The notes below the pieces were generated by a model. That model searched no databases. It was given only the letters and a program-made list of their open reading frames with translations, and was not told the origin of the DNA. A stretch of DNA of 64,000 nt from positions 40,244 to 104,243 of the forward strand of contig JAMCUL010000016.1 of the NCBI GenBank assembly GCA_023381355.1. The letters run 5' to 3'. Source of the DNA: Thermoplasmatota archaeon. GTDB taxonomy: Archaea; Thermoplasmatota; Thermoplasmata; Thermoplasmatales; Thermoplasmataceae. The position numbers were made by a program, and so were the translations under genes. Below, piece after piece: positions 50,031 to 60,041 of the stretch (its first letter is position 1; every line of letters starts with the position of its first letter).

Positions 50031-50453
50031 ATGGAATTGAAAAATAGTAAGACACTGGAAAACCTGAAGGCAGGTTTCGCAGGAGAGAGTCAGGCAAACA
50101 GGAGATATCTTTACTTTGCGCAGAAGGCAGATGAGGAAGGCCAGCAGGAGATATCTGCTGTATTCAGATCAACAGCCGATGGCGAGACAGCTCACGCATT
50201 CGGACATCTCAAGTATCTCCAGGCAGTTGGTGACCCCGTAACAGGAGAACCAATAGGAACAACCGAACAGAACCTCAAGTCTGCCATTGCAGGGGAGACG
50301 TACGAATACAGTCAGATGTATCCAGGATTTGCAAAGGTTGCAAGAGAGGAAGGGTTTGAAGAAATAGCACACTGGTTTGAAGTCCTATCAAAAGCCGAGA
50401 AATCTCACGCCACTAAATACGAAAAGACACTCAGCGAATTGACAAAACAGTGA
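50031..50453 (+). CDS. Rubrerythrin (short, no rubredoxin domain)
   Basis: FAGESQANRRY, ETAHA, GETYE..MYP, AEKSHA. Confidence 0.92.
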   Translation: MELKNSKTLENLKAGFAGESQANRRYLYFAQKADEEGQQEISAVFRSTADGETAHAFGHLKYLQAVGDPVTGEPIGTTEQNLKSAIAGETYEYSQMYPGFAKVAREEGFEEIAHWFEVLSKAEKSHATKYEKTLSELTKQ

Positions 50454-50457
50454 TAAG

Positions 50458-51027
50458 ATGGAAATGATAAGGAGGGGTGATTTATACACCCCTGAACAAT
50501 ATTCAAAAATCTTGAACGAGGAAAGAAGAAGGATTATTGAAGTGAAGAAGGAAAGGAGAATTGTTTCAAAGACATTCAGTTTCCTTTTCGAAAACAGGGA
50601 TACAATCCTGAACCAGATCAATGAAATGATATTTGTGGAGAACGTCCATGATGAGAGGGAGATTGACCACCTCCTTGAGACCTACAACAAGCTCATGCCT
50701 GAAAAGAACGAGTTCAGCGTCACGATGTTCATTGAGATAAGTGATGAGAAGACGCTTCTCAAGGAAATGACAAGACTTGTTGGCATAGAGGACAGCGTTT
50801 ATCTTATTTATGGGGACAGTGAGATCAAATGTATTCCTGAGGAAGGAAGATCAACAGAGACGCTTGAGTCAACTCTTCAATACCTGAAGATCAGGCTTTC
50901 CATGGCTGAATCTGAAAAATTCAGGGCATCCAAAAACGCCTTCATATCGACAAAACACAGGAATTACAGCGAAACCGCACAAATACCTGAATCTTTGCTT
51001 GAAAAACTTAAAAAGGAAATATATTAA
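50458..51027 (+). CDS. DUF3501 family protein
   Basis: FLFENRDTI..QINEM, YNKL.P, TMFIEI, LVGIE; follows rubrerythrin. Confidence 0.85.
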   Translation: MEMIRRGDLYTPEQYSKILNEERRRIIEVKKERRIVSKTFSFLFENRDTILNQINEMIFVENVHDEREIDHLLETYNKLMPEKNEFSVTMFIEISDEKTLLKEMTRLVGIEDSVYLIYGDSEIKCIPEEGRSTETLESTLQYLKIRLSMAESEKFRASKNAFISTKHRNYSETAQIPESLLEKLKKEIY

Positions 51028-51051
51028 TTACTTTCTTTTATATCAGTCAGA

Positions 51052-51963
51052 ATGATACAACTTCAGAACGTTTCAAAGGTATATGGGCGATCCATGGAGG
51101 GAGTTAAACAGATAAGTTATACCTTCGAAGGAGGGCATGTTTATGGTATAGTTGGGTCTAATGGCGCCGGAAAAACAACACTCATAAGGATGCTCTCCGG
51201 TTCTCATACCCAAACCTATGGGTCCATATCAGTAGACAATTTTGACATAATCAAAGAAAAGGAAGAAGCCCTCATGCGGGTTGGCTGGATGCCTGACTCA
51301 TCAATACTGAACGGTTACTGGAGGATCATAGATCAATTTGAATATTTCGGTGTCTTCAGGGGACTTACCAATCAGGAAGCAAGGATGAGGGGGATGGAAT
51401 TGATGAGGCGGTTTGGTGTTGATGAGAAGATATGGAATAAATCCATGAGGAGATTATCCCTTGGACAGAGAAGGAGGGTATCCCTGGCTTTTGCAGTCCT
51501 GAATGACCCGGAAAACATCCTCATGGACGAACCTTACAACGGATTTGACCCGGATGGAATAAGGATGATCAGCGACTTCATCATCAAGGAGAAAATGAGG
51601 GGTAAGACAGTGATAGTTTCATCTCACATCCTGAAGGAACTTGAAAGCGTTGCCGATGAAGTTATATTGATAGAGAAGGGGAAGATCGTAGATACCATTT
51701 CAAAAGATTCACTTGAAAAGTCTGAAATACTTAAGATTACAGTAGAGGTCAAGAATCCTGACGATTCACTTGGTGAACTTCTGTCTACCCTTGGGGAGGT
51801 AAGGAAGATAGGTAGCAGGTATGAAATAACATGCAATTCTGGAGAGAAGGCGGAAGACCTTAATTCAGCTCTCGTTAAAAACGGATATAAGATAACAACA
51901 TTCAAGATTGAAAAACCCACAGTTGAAGATTTTTATTTCTCAAAAAACAGAAATTCAAGCTGA
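51052..51963 (+). CDS. ABC transporter ATP-binding protein
   Basis: GSNGAGKT, LSLGQ, LMDEP, SSH. Confidence 0.9.
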   Translation: MIQLQNVSKVYGRSMEGVKQISYTFEGGHVYGIVGSNGAGKTTLIRMLSGSHTQTYGSISVDNFDIIKEKEEALMRVGWMPDSSILNGYWRIIDQFEYFGVFRGLTNQEARMRGMELMRRFGVDEKIWNKSMRRLSLGQRRRVSLAFAVLNDPENILMDEPYNGFDPDGIRMISDFIIKEKMRGKTVIVSSHILKELESVADEVILIEKGKIVDTISKDSLEKSEILKITVEVKNPDDSLGELLSTLGEVRKIGSRYEITCNSGEKAEDLNSALVKNGYKITTFKIEKPTVEDFYFSKNRNSS

Positions 51964-51972
51964 AATTGGAGA

Positions 51973-52044
51973 CAGGCCCGCCGGGATTTGAACCCGGATC
52001 GTGGGCTCCGGAGGCCCAAATGATATCCCTTACACCACGAGCCT
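51973..52044 (-). tRNA. tRNA-Arg(CCG)
   Basis: AGGCTCG/CGGGCCT acceptor; TGGGC-CTCCGGA-GCCCA anticodon arm; GGTTCAAATCC. Confidence 0.92.
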
Positions 52045-52546
52045 ATTTTTTATATCCTATCCTGCGAAGCAACTCCTTCCTCTTTTCCCTGTCTGCATCG
52101 TTCTCTGTTCCAACAGGACTGAAACCATCCAGAACGCCTAGAACACCTGCCCTGTCCCCTTCCCTGTAAACTATCACGTCGAGGGGATTCGCTGTGGCCG
52201 CGAAAATTCTGCCCACTTCCTGGCACTGCTTGATCTGGTTGAGAATCGCAATGGGAAAGACGTTTTTCAGGATTATAATGAATGTATGTCCTGCACCTAT
52301 CCTGTTGATATTCTTTATGGCAATATCAATCAAGGAGCTGTCGTTTCCCTCATATCTCACGAGCCTGTCACCAGATGCCTCTGAAAACCCTATAGCATAA
52401 ATGGCGTCAGGACGCACTGTCCGTATTATTTCCTCGAGATCCTCAATTGTCTTGATGAAGTGGGAATAGCCGAGAATAACATTTGCCCCATCCGGAAAAT
52501 CGATCTTTACAGTTTCAATCGTTCCCATCTCTCTTACATTGATCAT
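52043..52546 (-). CDS. Adenosine-specific kinase family (DUF355)
   Basis: NVILG.SHFIKT.EDL, FSEASG, AGH, AATANP, GVLDG.SP, IGYK. Confidence 0.88.
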   Translation of the reverse strand: MINVREMGTIETVKIDFPDGANVILGYSHFIKTIEDLEEIIRTVRPDAIYAIGFSEASGDRLVRYEGNDSSLIDIAIKNINRIGAGHTFIIILKNVFPIAILNQIKQCQEVGRIFAATANPLDVIVYREGDRAGVLGVLDGFSPVGTENDADREKRKELLRRIGYKK

Positions 52547-52849
52547 TGATATAATTTGATTTCTATATCTGTTGAAAAAATGTCATGCAGGTATCTTCCT
52601 TTCCCGAATGGCACTACATTGCCAACAGTTATATGCAAATGACGGCGATTCAGGATTGATAAATCCTTATTATCCCTTATTTATCAACCTGCAGTTCGGT
52701 GTGGAAATGCGTTTTGACAGGATTCATGCCTTTGAGTTCAACGTCATATGGAGATTCTCTTGCCTGGCACCATGTGTAAAGATTATCAGGAGACGGAATT
52801 TGAACAGAACAGTGATTGATTCAATTTCTTTAAATTCTTATTAGTTATA

Positions 52850-54406
52850 ATGTTTTCAGGAATGAACATTTACGAAGAGATATCTGAGAAGATAAGTTCC
52901 GGTGAAATTGCGAACGGCGAACAGCTTCAAAAGATCAAGGTTAAACTTTCAAAGAAATATGGCATGGACAGGGTTCCTTCAAATTCTGAAATATTAAATT
53001 CAGGGTATCTTGATAAGAAGGCAGGAGATATCTTGAGGCTGAAGCCCACAAGGACCATCTCGGGTGTTGCTGTTGTCGCTGCAATGACCTCCCCAGAAAT
53101 CTGCCCTCATGGAAGATGTATTTTTTGCCCCGGAGGTATGGAAAACAATTCTCCTCAGGCTTATACAGGTTACGAGCCCTCTGCCCTGAGGGGGAGAATG
53201 AATAACTATGATCCTTTCAGCATAACATTTAACAGGCTCAAGCAACTCGAAACCATTGGACATGATACGTCGAAGGTTGACCTGATAATCATGGGGGGAA
53301 CATTCACAGCAAGAAGCAGGGAATACCAGGAAAATTTTGTCAAGGGCTGCCTTGATGGAATGAATGGGAGTGTGGCCGCATCGCTTGATGAAAGCATTGC
53401 AATAAATGAAACCACACGGAGAAGATGCATAGGGCTGACGGTTGAGACAAAGCCGGACTGGTTCATGGAAAAGGACATAGAGGTGGCACTTAACTATGGA
53501 ACAACTAAAGTTGAACTGGGTGCCCAGATAATCAATGAGGACGTCTTGAGGATAAACCACAGAGGGCATGGAATTGATGAGATTACAAGGTCTACCCTCC
53601 TCTCAAAGAATGCCGGTCTGAAGATCGTTTATCACGTAATGCCCGGAATGCTTGGATCGGATTTTCAAAAGGATCTCGAGAGTTTCAGGAGAATGGTGAA
53701 TGATGAGAAATTCAAGCCGGACATGCTCAAGATATACCCCACGCTTGTTGTAAAGGGAACCAGGCTCTACAATATGTGGAAAAATGGGGAGTATTCTCCA
53801 ATGGAAACAGAAGAGGCAGCGGAGCTGCTTTTTAACTTTATGAAGGAAATGCCACCCTGGATAAGAGTCCAGAGAATGCAGAGAGACATACCTGTTAAAT
53901 TCATTGAGGCTGGCGTCAAGAGAAGCGATCTAAGGAATCTTGTGGATGAATTACTCAATAAAAGAGGAGTGAGAAGCAAAGAAATCAGGGGGCGGGAAAT
54001 AGGTTTCTCTTCGGATGGAAATAGCAGTCTGATAATGAGGCGCATCGATTACAATGCTTCAGGAGGCAGGGAAGTGTTTCTTTCATACGAAGACGAGGAT
54101 GGGAATCTTGCCTCTTATCTAAGACTTAGAAGAATCCCCGGGGATTCATGGAAAGAGGAAACTGCCTCAACTGGAATGATAAGGGAAATTAAGACGGTTG
54201 GCAGGGTAGTCCCGATCGGCCAGCATGATCAGGAACTGTACCAGCACAAGGGACTTGGAAAATCAATGTTAAAGGAAGCGGAGAGGATAACCACCGAAGA
54301 ATTCGGTTATGATCGAATACTGGTGATAAGCGGGATAGGAGTCAGGGAATATTTCAGGAAACTCGGATACATAAGATTTGGAACATACATGGGAAGGTAT
54401 ATTTGA
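52850..54406 (+). CDS. elp3: Elp3 tRNA wobble-uridine acetyltransferase (radical SAM + GNAT)
   Basis: KPTRTISGV, CPHGRCIFCPGG, MGGTF, LKIYPT, QHKGLG, ISGIGVREYF. Confidence 0.95.
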   Translation: MFSGMNIYEEISEKISSGEIANGEQLQKIKVKLSKKYGMDRVPSNSEILNSGYLDKKAGDILRLKPTRTISGVAVVAAMTSPEICPHGRCIFCPGGMENNSPQAYTGYEPSALRGRMNNYDPFSITFNRLKQLETIGHDTSKVDLIIMGGTFTARSREYQENFVKGCLDGMNGSVAASLDESIAINETTRRRCIGLTVETKPDWFMEKDIEVALNYGTTKVELGAQIINEDVLRINHRGHGIDEITRSTLLSKNAGLKIVYHVMPGMLGSDFQKDLESFRRMVNDEKFKPDMLKIYPTLVVKGTRLYNMWKNGEYSPMETEEAAELLFNFMKEMPPWIRVQRMQRDIPVKFIEAGVKRSDLRNLVDELLNKRGVRSKEIRGREIGFSSDGNSSLIMRRIDYNASGGREVFLSYEDEDGNLASYLRLRRIPGDSWKEETASTGMIREIKTVGRVVPIGQHDQELYQHKGLGKSMLKEAERITTEEFGYDRILVISGIGVREYFRKLGYIRFGTYMGRYI

Positions 54407-54570
54407 TTTTTCATACTTCTATTATGAATCTTGTTAATGAACATGATTTGGAATTAACTAAAATTTCCGATTAACTATGGGATACTCTTTTCTTTTTGGC
54501 AGGTTTACAAAGGCTTTCTATTTAAGTTTAGTGGATCAAGGTTTAATACGGGAAAAATATTTAACCTGAA

Positions 54571-54669
54571 ATGTTTCAATTGGGTCTGTGGATTGTACCT
54601 CTCGCAGTGTTGGTTGGATTGGCATCCATCTATTTGATTTATTCCATAATTAGGGCTGAAAAGTTATGA
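54571..54669 (+). CDS. kdpF: KdpF small subunit, not in ORF track
   Basis: MFQLGLWIVPLAVLVGLASIYLIYSIIRAEKL*; ATGA overlap with kdpA. Confidence 0.8.
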   Translation: MFQLGLWIVPLAVLVGLASIYLIYSIIRAEKL

Positions 54670-56435
54670 GCAGTACATCCACTTACGGTGGCAATTTCTG
54701 GCTGAGTTTTTTCACGAATAATCGTGTTGTTTCAGGGGTGATAATTATCCTGATCTACCTTGCGGTTGTATCACTTCTGGGATATCTCCTTGCCCCATAT
54801 ATCAGGAAACTCTACAGGGGAGAAAATACAAGGCTCAGGAAATATACCGGTCCCTTAATTGAAAGAATAGAAAGACTCGCAGGAGTTGATCCAAAGAAGA
54901 CGAGTGGGTTCAGGGGCTATTTTTTTGCACTTGTTTGCTTCAATTTTATTGTTGGGGTATTCTCGCTCCTGTTCCTTGTGATACAGGGAACATACTTTAA
55001 ATCACCAGGGCAAAGACCAATGAATTTCTTTCTTGCCCTGAACACGATAATAAGCTTCCTGACAAATACCGACCTGCAGCATTATTCAAGCCCTTTGAGA
55101 CTGACTTACAGCGATGTTACTGTAGTCATAATAGGCCTGATGTACATGTCTGCCGGAACAGGATTTGCAGCATCAATGGCATTTATTCGGGGAATCGTGA
55201 ATGATGATGGCAAACTTGGAAATTTTTTCCATGACTTCCTTGTCTCGATCTTTGACCTCCTGTTACCTCTCTCAGTGGCAGCCACAATCCTGCTCATAAT
55301 CTTCGGAGTTCCAGATACAACGTACACCAGCATAGTCATACACCCATTCTTTGACAGGTTTACCGTAAACATTCCTATTGGCCCGGTCGCGTCACTTGAA
55401 GGCATCAAGAATATAGGTACCAACGGTGGTGGTTTTTATGGCGCAAATGCCGGTTATCCTTTTGAGAATCCTTCATGGATAACAAACCTGATTGAAGTGA
55501 TATCATTCACGATCATACCAATAGGATCCATATTCGCCATTGGCCAGGTATTGGAAAACAGGAAGTTTTCAAGAATGCTCTTTGGAGTCATAATGGTTCT
55601 TTTTGCATTCAGTGCATTTCTCGCATTCTTCGGGGAGATAGGAGGGATTCCTTCGATTTCAACCCTTGGTTTCAGTTTCGGTGGTAATTATATAGGCAAG
55701 GAGACTGCTATCGGGATTTCCCAGAGTGCAATATTTGGAAGCGCAGCAACACTTACATCTACTGGAGCTGCAAATGCAGCCCTGATAGATTATACCCCTG
55801 CAGGTATTCTGGGGATACTCTTCCCACTTCTCCTGAATGATCCTCTTGGAGGTGTTGGAACTGGAGTATTGAACATATTCTCATATGTGATTTTTACAGT
55901 GTTCCTTGTCTCCCTCATGGTTGGAAAACTTCCTGAGATTATGAGTCTAAAAATTAACTCAAAAGAAATAAAATATTCAACATTCAGCCTGATAATTCAT
56001 CCCCTGATCATAATAGTCCCTCTTGGATTCACACTTCTATTTGCGCCAATACTTATGAAAAGTTTTATAAATACTCACCCAGATCAGATTACCGAACTTC
56101 TTTATGAATATACCACATCCGCATCCAATAATGGTTCCGAAATCGGCGGATTCGCCACAAACAGTGTGTTTTTTAACCTGATTGACAGCGTTATATTGCT
56201 TCTTGGGAGGTATCCAATAATGGCGTTCCAGTTGATCGTTGCAGAATCATTTTCATTCAAGAAACCGAAGGTTCAGTATGGGAGATCAGTGGATATAGGC
56301 TCATTCTGGTTCGGTTTCATGCTCCTTTTTACCATGATAATACTTGGCCTGATCTCCTTCTTCCCAATCCTGGCTGCTGGACCACTTCTAGCGTGGGGAA
56401 GGGCTTTCTCACTGCTAATAGGGGTGGCCAGATGA
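54666..56435 (+). CDS. kdpA: K+-transporting ATPase subunit A
   Basis: SFLTNTDLQHY, GTNGGG, GGVGTG, SNNGS filter motifs. Confidence 0.95.
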   Translation: MSSTSTYGGNFWLSFFTNNRVVSGVIIILIYLAVVSLLGYLLAPYIRKLYRGENTRLRKYTGPLIERIERLAGVDPKKTSGFRGYFFALVCFNFIVGVFSLLFLVIQGTYFKSPGQRPMNFFLALNTIISFLTNTDLQHYSSPLRLTYSDVTVVIIGLMYMSAGTGFAASMAFIRGIVNDDGKLGNFFHDFLVSIFDLLLPLSVAATILLIIFGVPDTTYTSIVIHPFFDRFTVNIPIGPVASLEGIKNIGTNGGGFYGANAGYPFENPSWITNLIEVISFTIIPIGSIFAIGQVLENRKFSRMLFGVIMVLFAFSAFLAFFGEIGGIPSISTLGFSFGGNYIGKETAIGISQSAIFGSAATLTSTGAANAALIDYTPAGILGILFPLLLNDPLGGVGTGVLNIFSYVIFTVFLVSLMVGKLPEIMSLKINSKEIKYSTFSLIIHPLIIIVPLGFTLLFAPILMKSFINTHPDQITELLYEYTTSASNNGSEIGGFATNSVFFNLIDSVILLLGRYPIMAFQLIVAESFSFKKPKVQYGRSVDIGSFWFGFMLLFTMIILGLISFFPILAAGPLLAWGRAFSLLIGVAR

Positions 56436-58423
56436 ATCAATACGCAGAGGCTTCAATTAATGCAATAAAAGAATTTGATCCGAGGAAACTGCTGAGAAAT
56501 CCTGTGATGTTCATTACTGAACTGGCAATGCTGACATCTGTATATTTACTGGCATTTCATGCTGAATATGGCCTATCATTGAAGGGCGTGTATGTTGAAT
56601 TCTATATCTCTGTTATCGTTCTTTTATTTATGACAATCTTCTTCTCCAACCTTGCCGAAACACTTGCGGAAGGAAAGAGCAGGAATATAACTGCAACCCT
56701 GAAGAGGATGAAGAAAGATACAACCGGTAGAGTCATCGATGAAAGCGGTGAAAGGGTGATTCCATCTGGCGAATTGAGAAAGGGTATGATTGTTGAAGTC
56801 AGGAAGGACGAGACTGTTCCTACAGATGGAGAGATTGTGGAAGGAAGGGGATATTTTAATGAATCCTCCATTACTGGAGAATCAAAGCCAGTTTTCAAGG
56901 TACAGGGTGATAGCGTAACCGGTGCAACAATTCTCCTTGACAACAGGGTCAAGATAAGGATTACTGCCAATCCTGGCGAGACATTTCTTGACAAGATGAT
57001 TGAACTGGTGGAAGGGTCTATCAGGGCAAAGACACCAAATGAAATCGCACTTTCCATACTATTATCCGGACTCACGCTTGTATTTCTTATTATAACATCT
57101 TCAGTTTATACACTTGGAACATTTCTTGGAACCAGTGTCAACCTGTTCATTCTTGTAGTGCTTCTTATATGTCTCATTCCCACAACTATCGGTGCACTGT
57201 TGCCCGCACTGGGAGTTGCAGCCATAAACAAGGTAAGCCAGTTTAATGTTATCGCAAAAAGTGGAAGGGCGGTGGAGAATGCAGGGGATATTGATACAAT
57301 AATTCTGGACAAGACCGGGACAATTACAATAGGTGACCGGGAAGCAAATAAAGTGTATCCAAACAGGGATATAACGGAGAATGAACTGTTCAGGGCTGCT
57401 TACATTTCGTCATTTTTTGATGAGACCAAGGAGGGAATATCTGTTGTCAGGAAGGCCCTCGAGGGTAACCCGGAATTCAAGTCAATAGATATGAGCTCCT
57501 ATGAATTTGTCCCTTTTTCACCGGATACCAAGTTCAGCGGGGTTAAGAAGGGAAATGAGTTCATATACAAGGGCTCGCCCAATTCCATATGGGAACTTGT
57601 AGGGAGCAAGGATAATTATGTTGATGCCCAATGTGCTGAGATATCCTCAAGAGGTGGAACTGCAATGGTGGTTATCTCAGAAAAGAAGATTCTTGGTGCG
57701 ATTGAGTTTAATGATATACTTAAGCCATGGATAAGGGAAAGAATCGAGGCCCTAAAATCCATGAATATAAAGCCGGTCATGTGCACAGGAGATAATGAGC
57801 TTACTGCCCAGTATATTGCAAGAGAGGCCTCCATTGACGAGGTGGTCGCAAACAGCAAACCGAAGGACAAATATAATAAGGTTCAGGAGGAGAAGGAGAA
57901 GCAAAGAATGGTTGCGATGGTTGGAGACGGCACCAATGATGCCCCAGCACTGGCCCTTGCTGATGTCGGATTTGCCATGAACAGCGGTACTCAGGCTGCG
58001 AAGGATGCAGCAAATATGATCGATCTTGAAAATGATCCAACCAAGCTCATGGATGTAATATTCCTTGGAAAGCAGATACTGATTACACGGGGATCCCTTA
58101 CAACATTCAGCATTGCCAATGATATCTCGAAATATTTTGTGATCATTCCTGCCGTCTTCTTCATGTTCCCCCAGCTTTCCTTCATCAATATACTGGGTTT
58201 CACTGACCCTCTTCTGGCTGTGACATCAGCACTGATATTCAATACCTTCATCATTCCCTTGCTGATTCCACTTGCGATAAGAGGAGTCAAGTTTAAGCCT
58301 TCAGGCATAAATGACCTTCTCAGGAGGAACATCATCGTTTATGGCGTGGGAGGTGTCCTTCTTCCATTCATAGCAATTGGCGCAATTTATTATATACTGA
58401 TGGGGGTGGGTGTATTATGGTAA
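56432..58423 (+). CDS. kdpB: K+-transporting ATPase subunit B
   Basis: NPVMF, TGES, CLIPTTIG, DKTGT, GDGTNDAPAL. Confidence 0.96.
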   Translation: MNQYAEASINAIKEFDPRKLLRNPVMFITELAMLTSVYLLAFHAEYGLSLKGVYVEFYISVIVLLFMTIFFSNLAETLAEGKSRNITATLKRMKKDTTGRVIDESGERVIPSGELRKGMIVEVRKDETVPTDGEIVEGRGYFNESSITGESKPVFKVQGDSVTGATILLDNRVKIRITANPGETFLDKMIELVEGSIRAKTPNEIALSILLSGLTLVFLIITSSVYTLGTFLGTSVNLFILVVLLICLIPTTIGALLPALGVAAINKVSQFNVIAKSGRAVENAGDIDTIILDKTGTITIGDREANKVYPNRDITENELFRAAYISSFFDETKEGISVVRKALEGNPEFKSIDMSSYEFVPFSPDTKFSGVKKGNEFIYKGSPNSIWELVGSKDNYVDAQCAEISSRGGTAMVVISEKKILGAIEFNDILKPWIRERIEALKSMNIKPVMCTGDNELTAQYIAREASIDEVVANSKPKDKYNKVQEEKEKQRMVAMVGDGTNDAPALALADVGFAMNSGTQAAKDAANMIDLENDPTKLMDVIFLGKQILITRGSLTTFSIANDISKYFVIIPAVFFMFPQLSFINILGFTDPLLAVTSALIFNTFIIPLLIPLAIRGVKFKPSGINDLLRRNIIVYGVGGVLLPFIAIGAIYYILMGVGVLW

Positions 58424-59073
58424 ATGTCAAAGAAATTTTGGGAATTGTGAAATCCTCGATTGTTATCATGGTCGTAGTAGTGCTGCTGGTGGGTGTACTG
58501 ATACCAACGGTGACATCACTCATAGCCGAAAATGTTGATCCTGGACCTGCAAATGGGAGCCAGATAAGCATACACGGAAAAATTTATGGAAGTTATCTTC
58601 TTGCACAGGCATTCAACAGGAGTTATTTCTTCCAACCTAGGCCATCGGCAATTGATTTTAATCAGACATCATCCGGGGCTCCTGAATGTTCCCCTAATAC
58701 AAATGCTTCGCTCAACCAGACAATGCAGAATCTTAGGAATTTCGAGAACATGAATCCAAATGTCACGTTGAGCCAGATACCTGGAGAAATGATAATGGAT
58801 TCAGATTCAGGCCTCGATCCAAACATACCCGTTCAGGGTGCAATCCTGCAGGAGAAAAGGGTTGTTCAGTCAATAATAAAACTGGGCAGGCTGAAAGGAG
58901 TGTTACTCTCAGGGAAGCAGGTTAATAATACTGTTGAGGGACTTATAAATGCAAGCGAATCTCAGGATTTCCCAGTCTTTGGTTCCTATTATGTGAATGT
59001 GATGTATATAGATGTTGGAATCCTGAATTTCCTCATGGACAACGGGATAATAAGACAGTCATCTCTTGATTAA
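58417..59073 (+). CDS. kdpC: K+-transporting ATPase subunit C
   Basis: ANGS, FFQPRPSA, SGLDPNI, YVNV. Confidence 0.93.
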   Translation: MVNVKEILGIVKSSIVIMVVVVLLVGVLIPTVTSLIAENVDPGPANGSQISIHGKIYGSYLLAQAFNRSYFFQPRPSAIDFNQTSSGAPECSPNTNASLNQTMQNLRNFENMNPNVTLSQIPGEMIMDSDSGLDPNIPVQGAILQEKRVVQSIIKLGRLKGVLLSGKQVNNTVEGLINASESQDFPVFGSYYVNVMYIDVGILNFLMDNGIIRQSSLD

Positions 59074-59883
59074 CACCGAATCGATCGAGATGTCCTTCAT
59101 TATCCTCTTTATATCTGAGTTTATCCTCACATTTGAATAAGAGTCCGTTCTCAGACCCAGGATTATAAGGTCTGAGGAGGTTGAGTATATCCGGTTCATA
59201 ACTGATTCCCTGAGATTTTCCCCGGATGATTTTGTAATTTCGTAATCCAGATTCAGCTCCTTCCATATCTCATTGTTCATTATTGTCTTGAACCCGTGAA
59301 TTTTCTTCCTGTCGAAATCCCTCATGTCACAGAGGTTGAATTTGGCCTTCATGACTTTTGCGAATATTGCAGCCAGATAGACAGATTTACGGGTGTTAAG
59401 TCTTTCACTCATCGGAACAAATATGTTCCTGTATGGATATGTGTCTCTCTTCAGGGAGACTGCAGCGACAGTGTTCCTGGAATGCTTTATGACGTAATCC
59501 CCTATCGGACCCAGCAATGAGGTGGATATTCCCGGCCTTGATTTGCTGCTCATGAGGACAAGATCGTAATTTCTTGAATTCACTTCTGAGAGGATTCCTT
59601 CCTTTACACTCCTGGAACTCTGGATCTTCGGGATTATATTGATTCCCTCGCTCTTGGCCTCCTTATAAGCATTCATAATGATGGCAACCTTCTGGCTCCA
59701 TGTTACCTCCTTTGTTTCTTCCTTTATTGTCAATGCTGTTATCTGGGAACCCAGACTCCTGCCAAATTCTGTTGCGATGGTAAAGGCCTTCCTGGAGCTT
59801 TCACCCTTTGCCATCGGCACCAAAATACGATCAGTTTTGGCCAGGTAGGAGGCCTGTTGGTCTATCATAATTATGTAATACAT
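59059..59883 (-). CDS. Tandem universal stress protein (USP)
   Basis: Two USP repeats: RILVP..YDLVLM..LLG; RNIFVP..DLIILG. Confidence 0.8.
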   Translation of the reverse strand: MYYIIMIDQQASYLAKTDRILVPMAKGESSRKAFTIATEFGRSLGSQITALTIKEETKEVTWSQKVAIIMNAYKEAKSEGINIIPKIQSSRSVKEGILSEVNSRNYDLVLMSSKSRPGISTSLLGPIGDYVIKHSRNTVAAVSLKRDTYPYRNIFVPMSERLNTRKSVYLAAIFAKVMKAKFNLCDMRDFDRKKIHGFKTIMNNEIWKELNLDYEITKSSGENLRESVMNRIYSTSSDLIILGLRTDSYSNVRINSDIKRIMKDISIDSVLIKR

Positions 59884-60041
59884 ACAAGATAATAAAAACT
59901 TTTGTTACCTATTTGGTATACGAATGTGTGGATATATAGATAATAATTAAGTTATCACATTGGCATAATAAATGAATTAGCAATGTACTCATGATAGTTT
60001 ATAACATGTAAATTATTTAATCATGTAGGCATCTGGGATTC

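Noticed and set aside
13244-59073. Short 3' overlaps between convergent genes (13244-13252, 16882-16885, 28385-28395, 59059-59073)
   Set aside because: Ordinary in compact archaeal genomes; no evidence of special function
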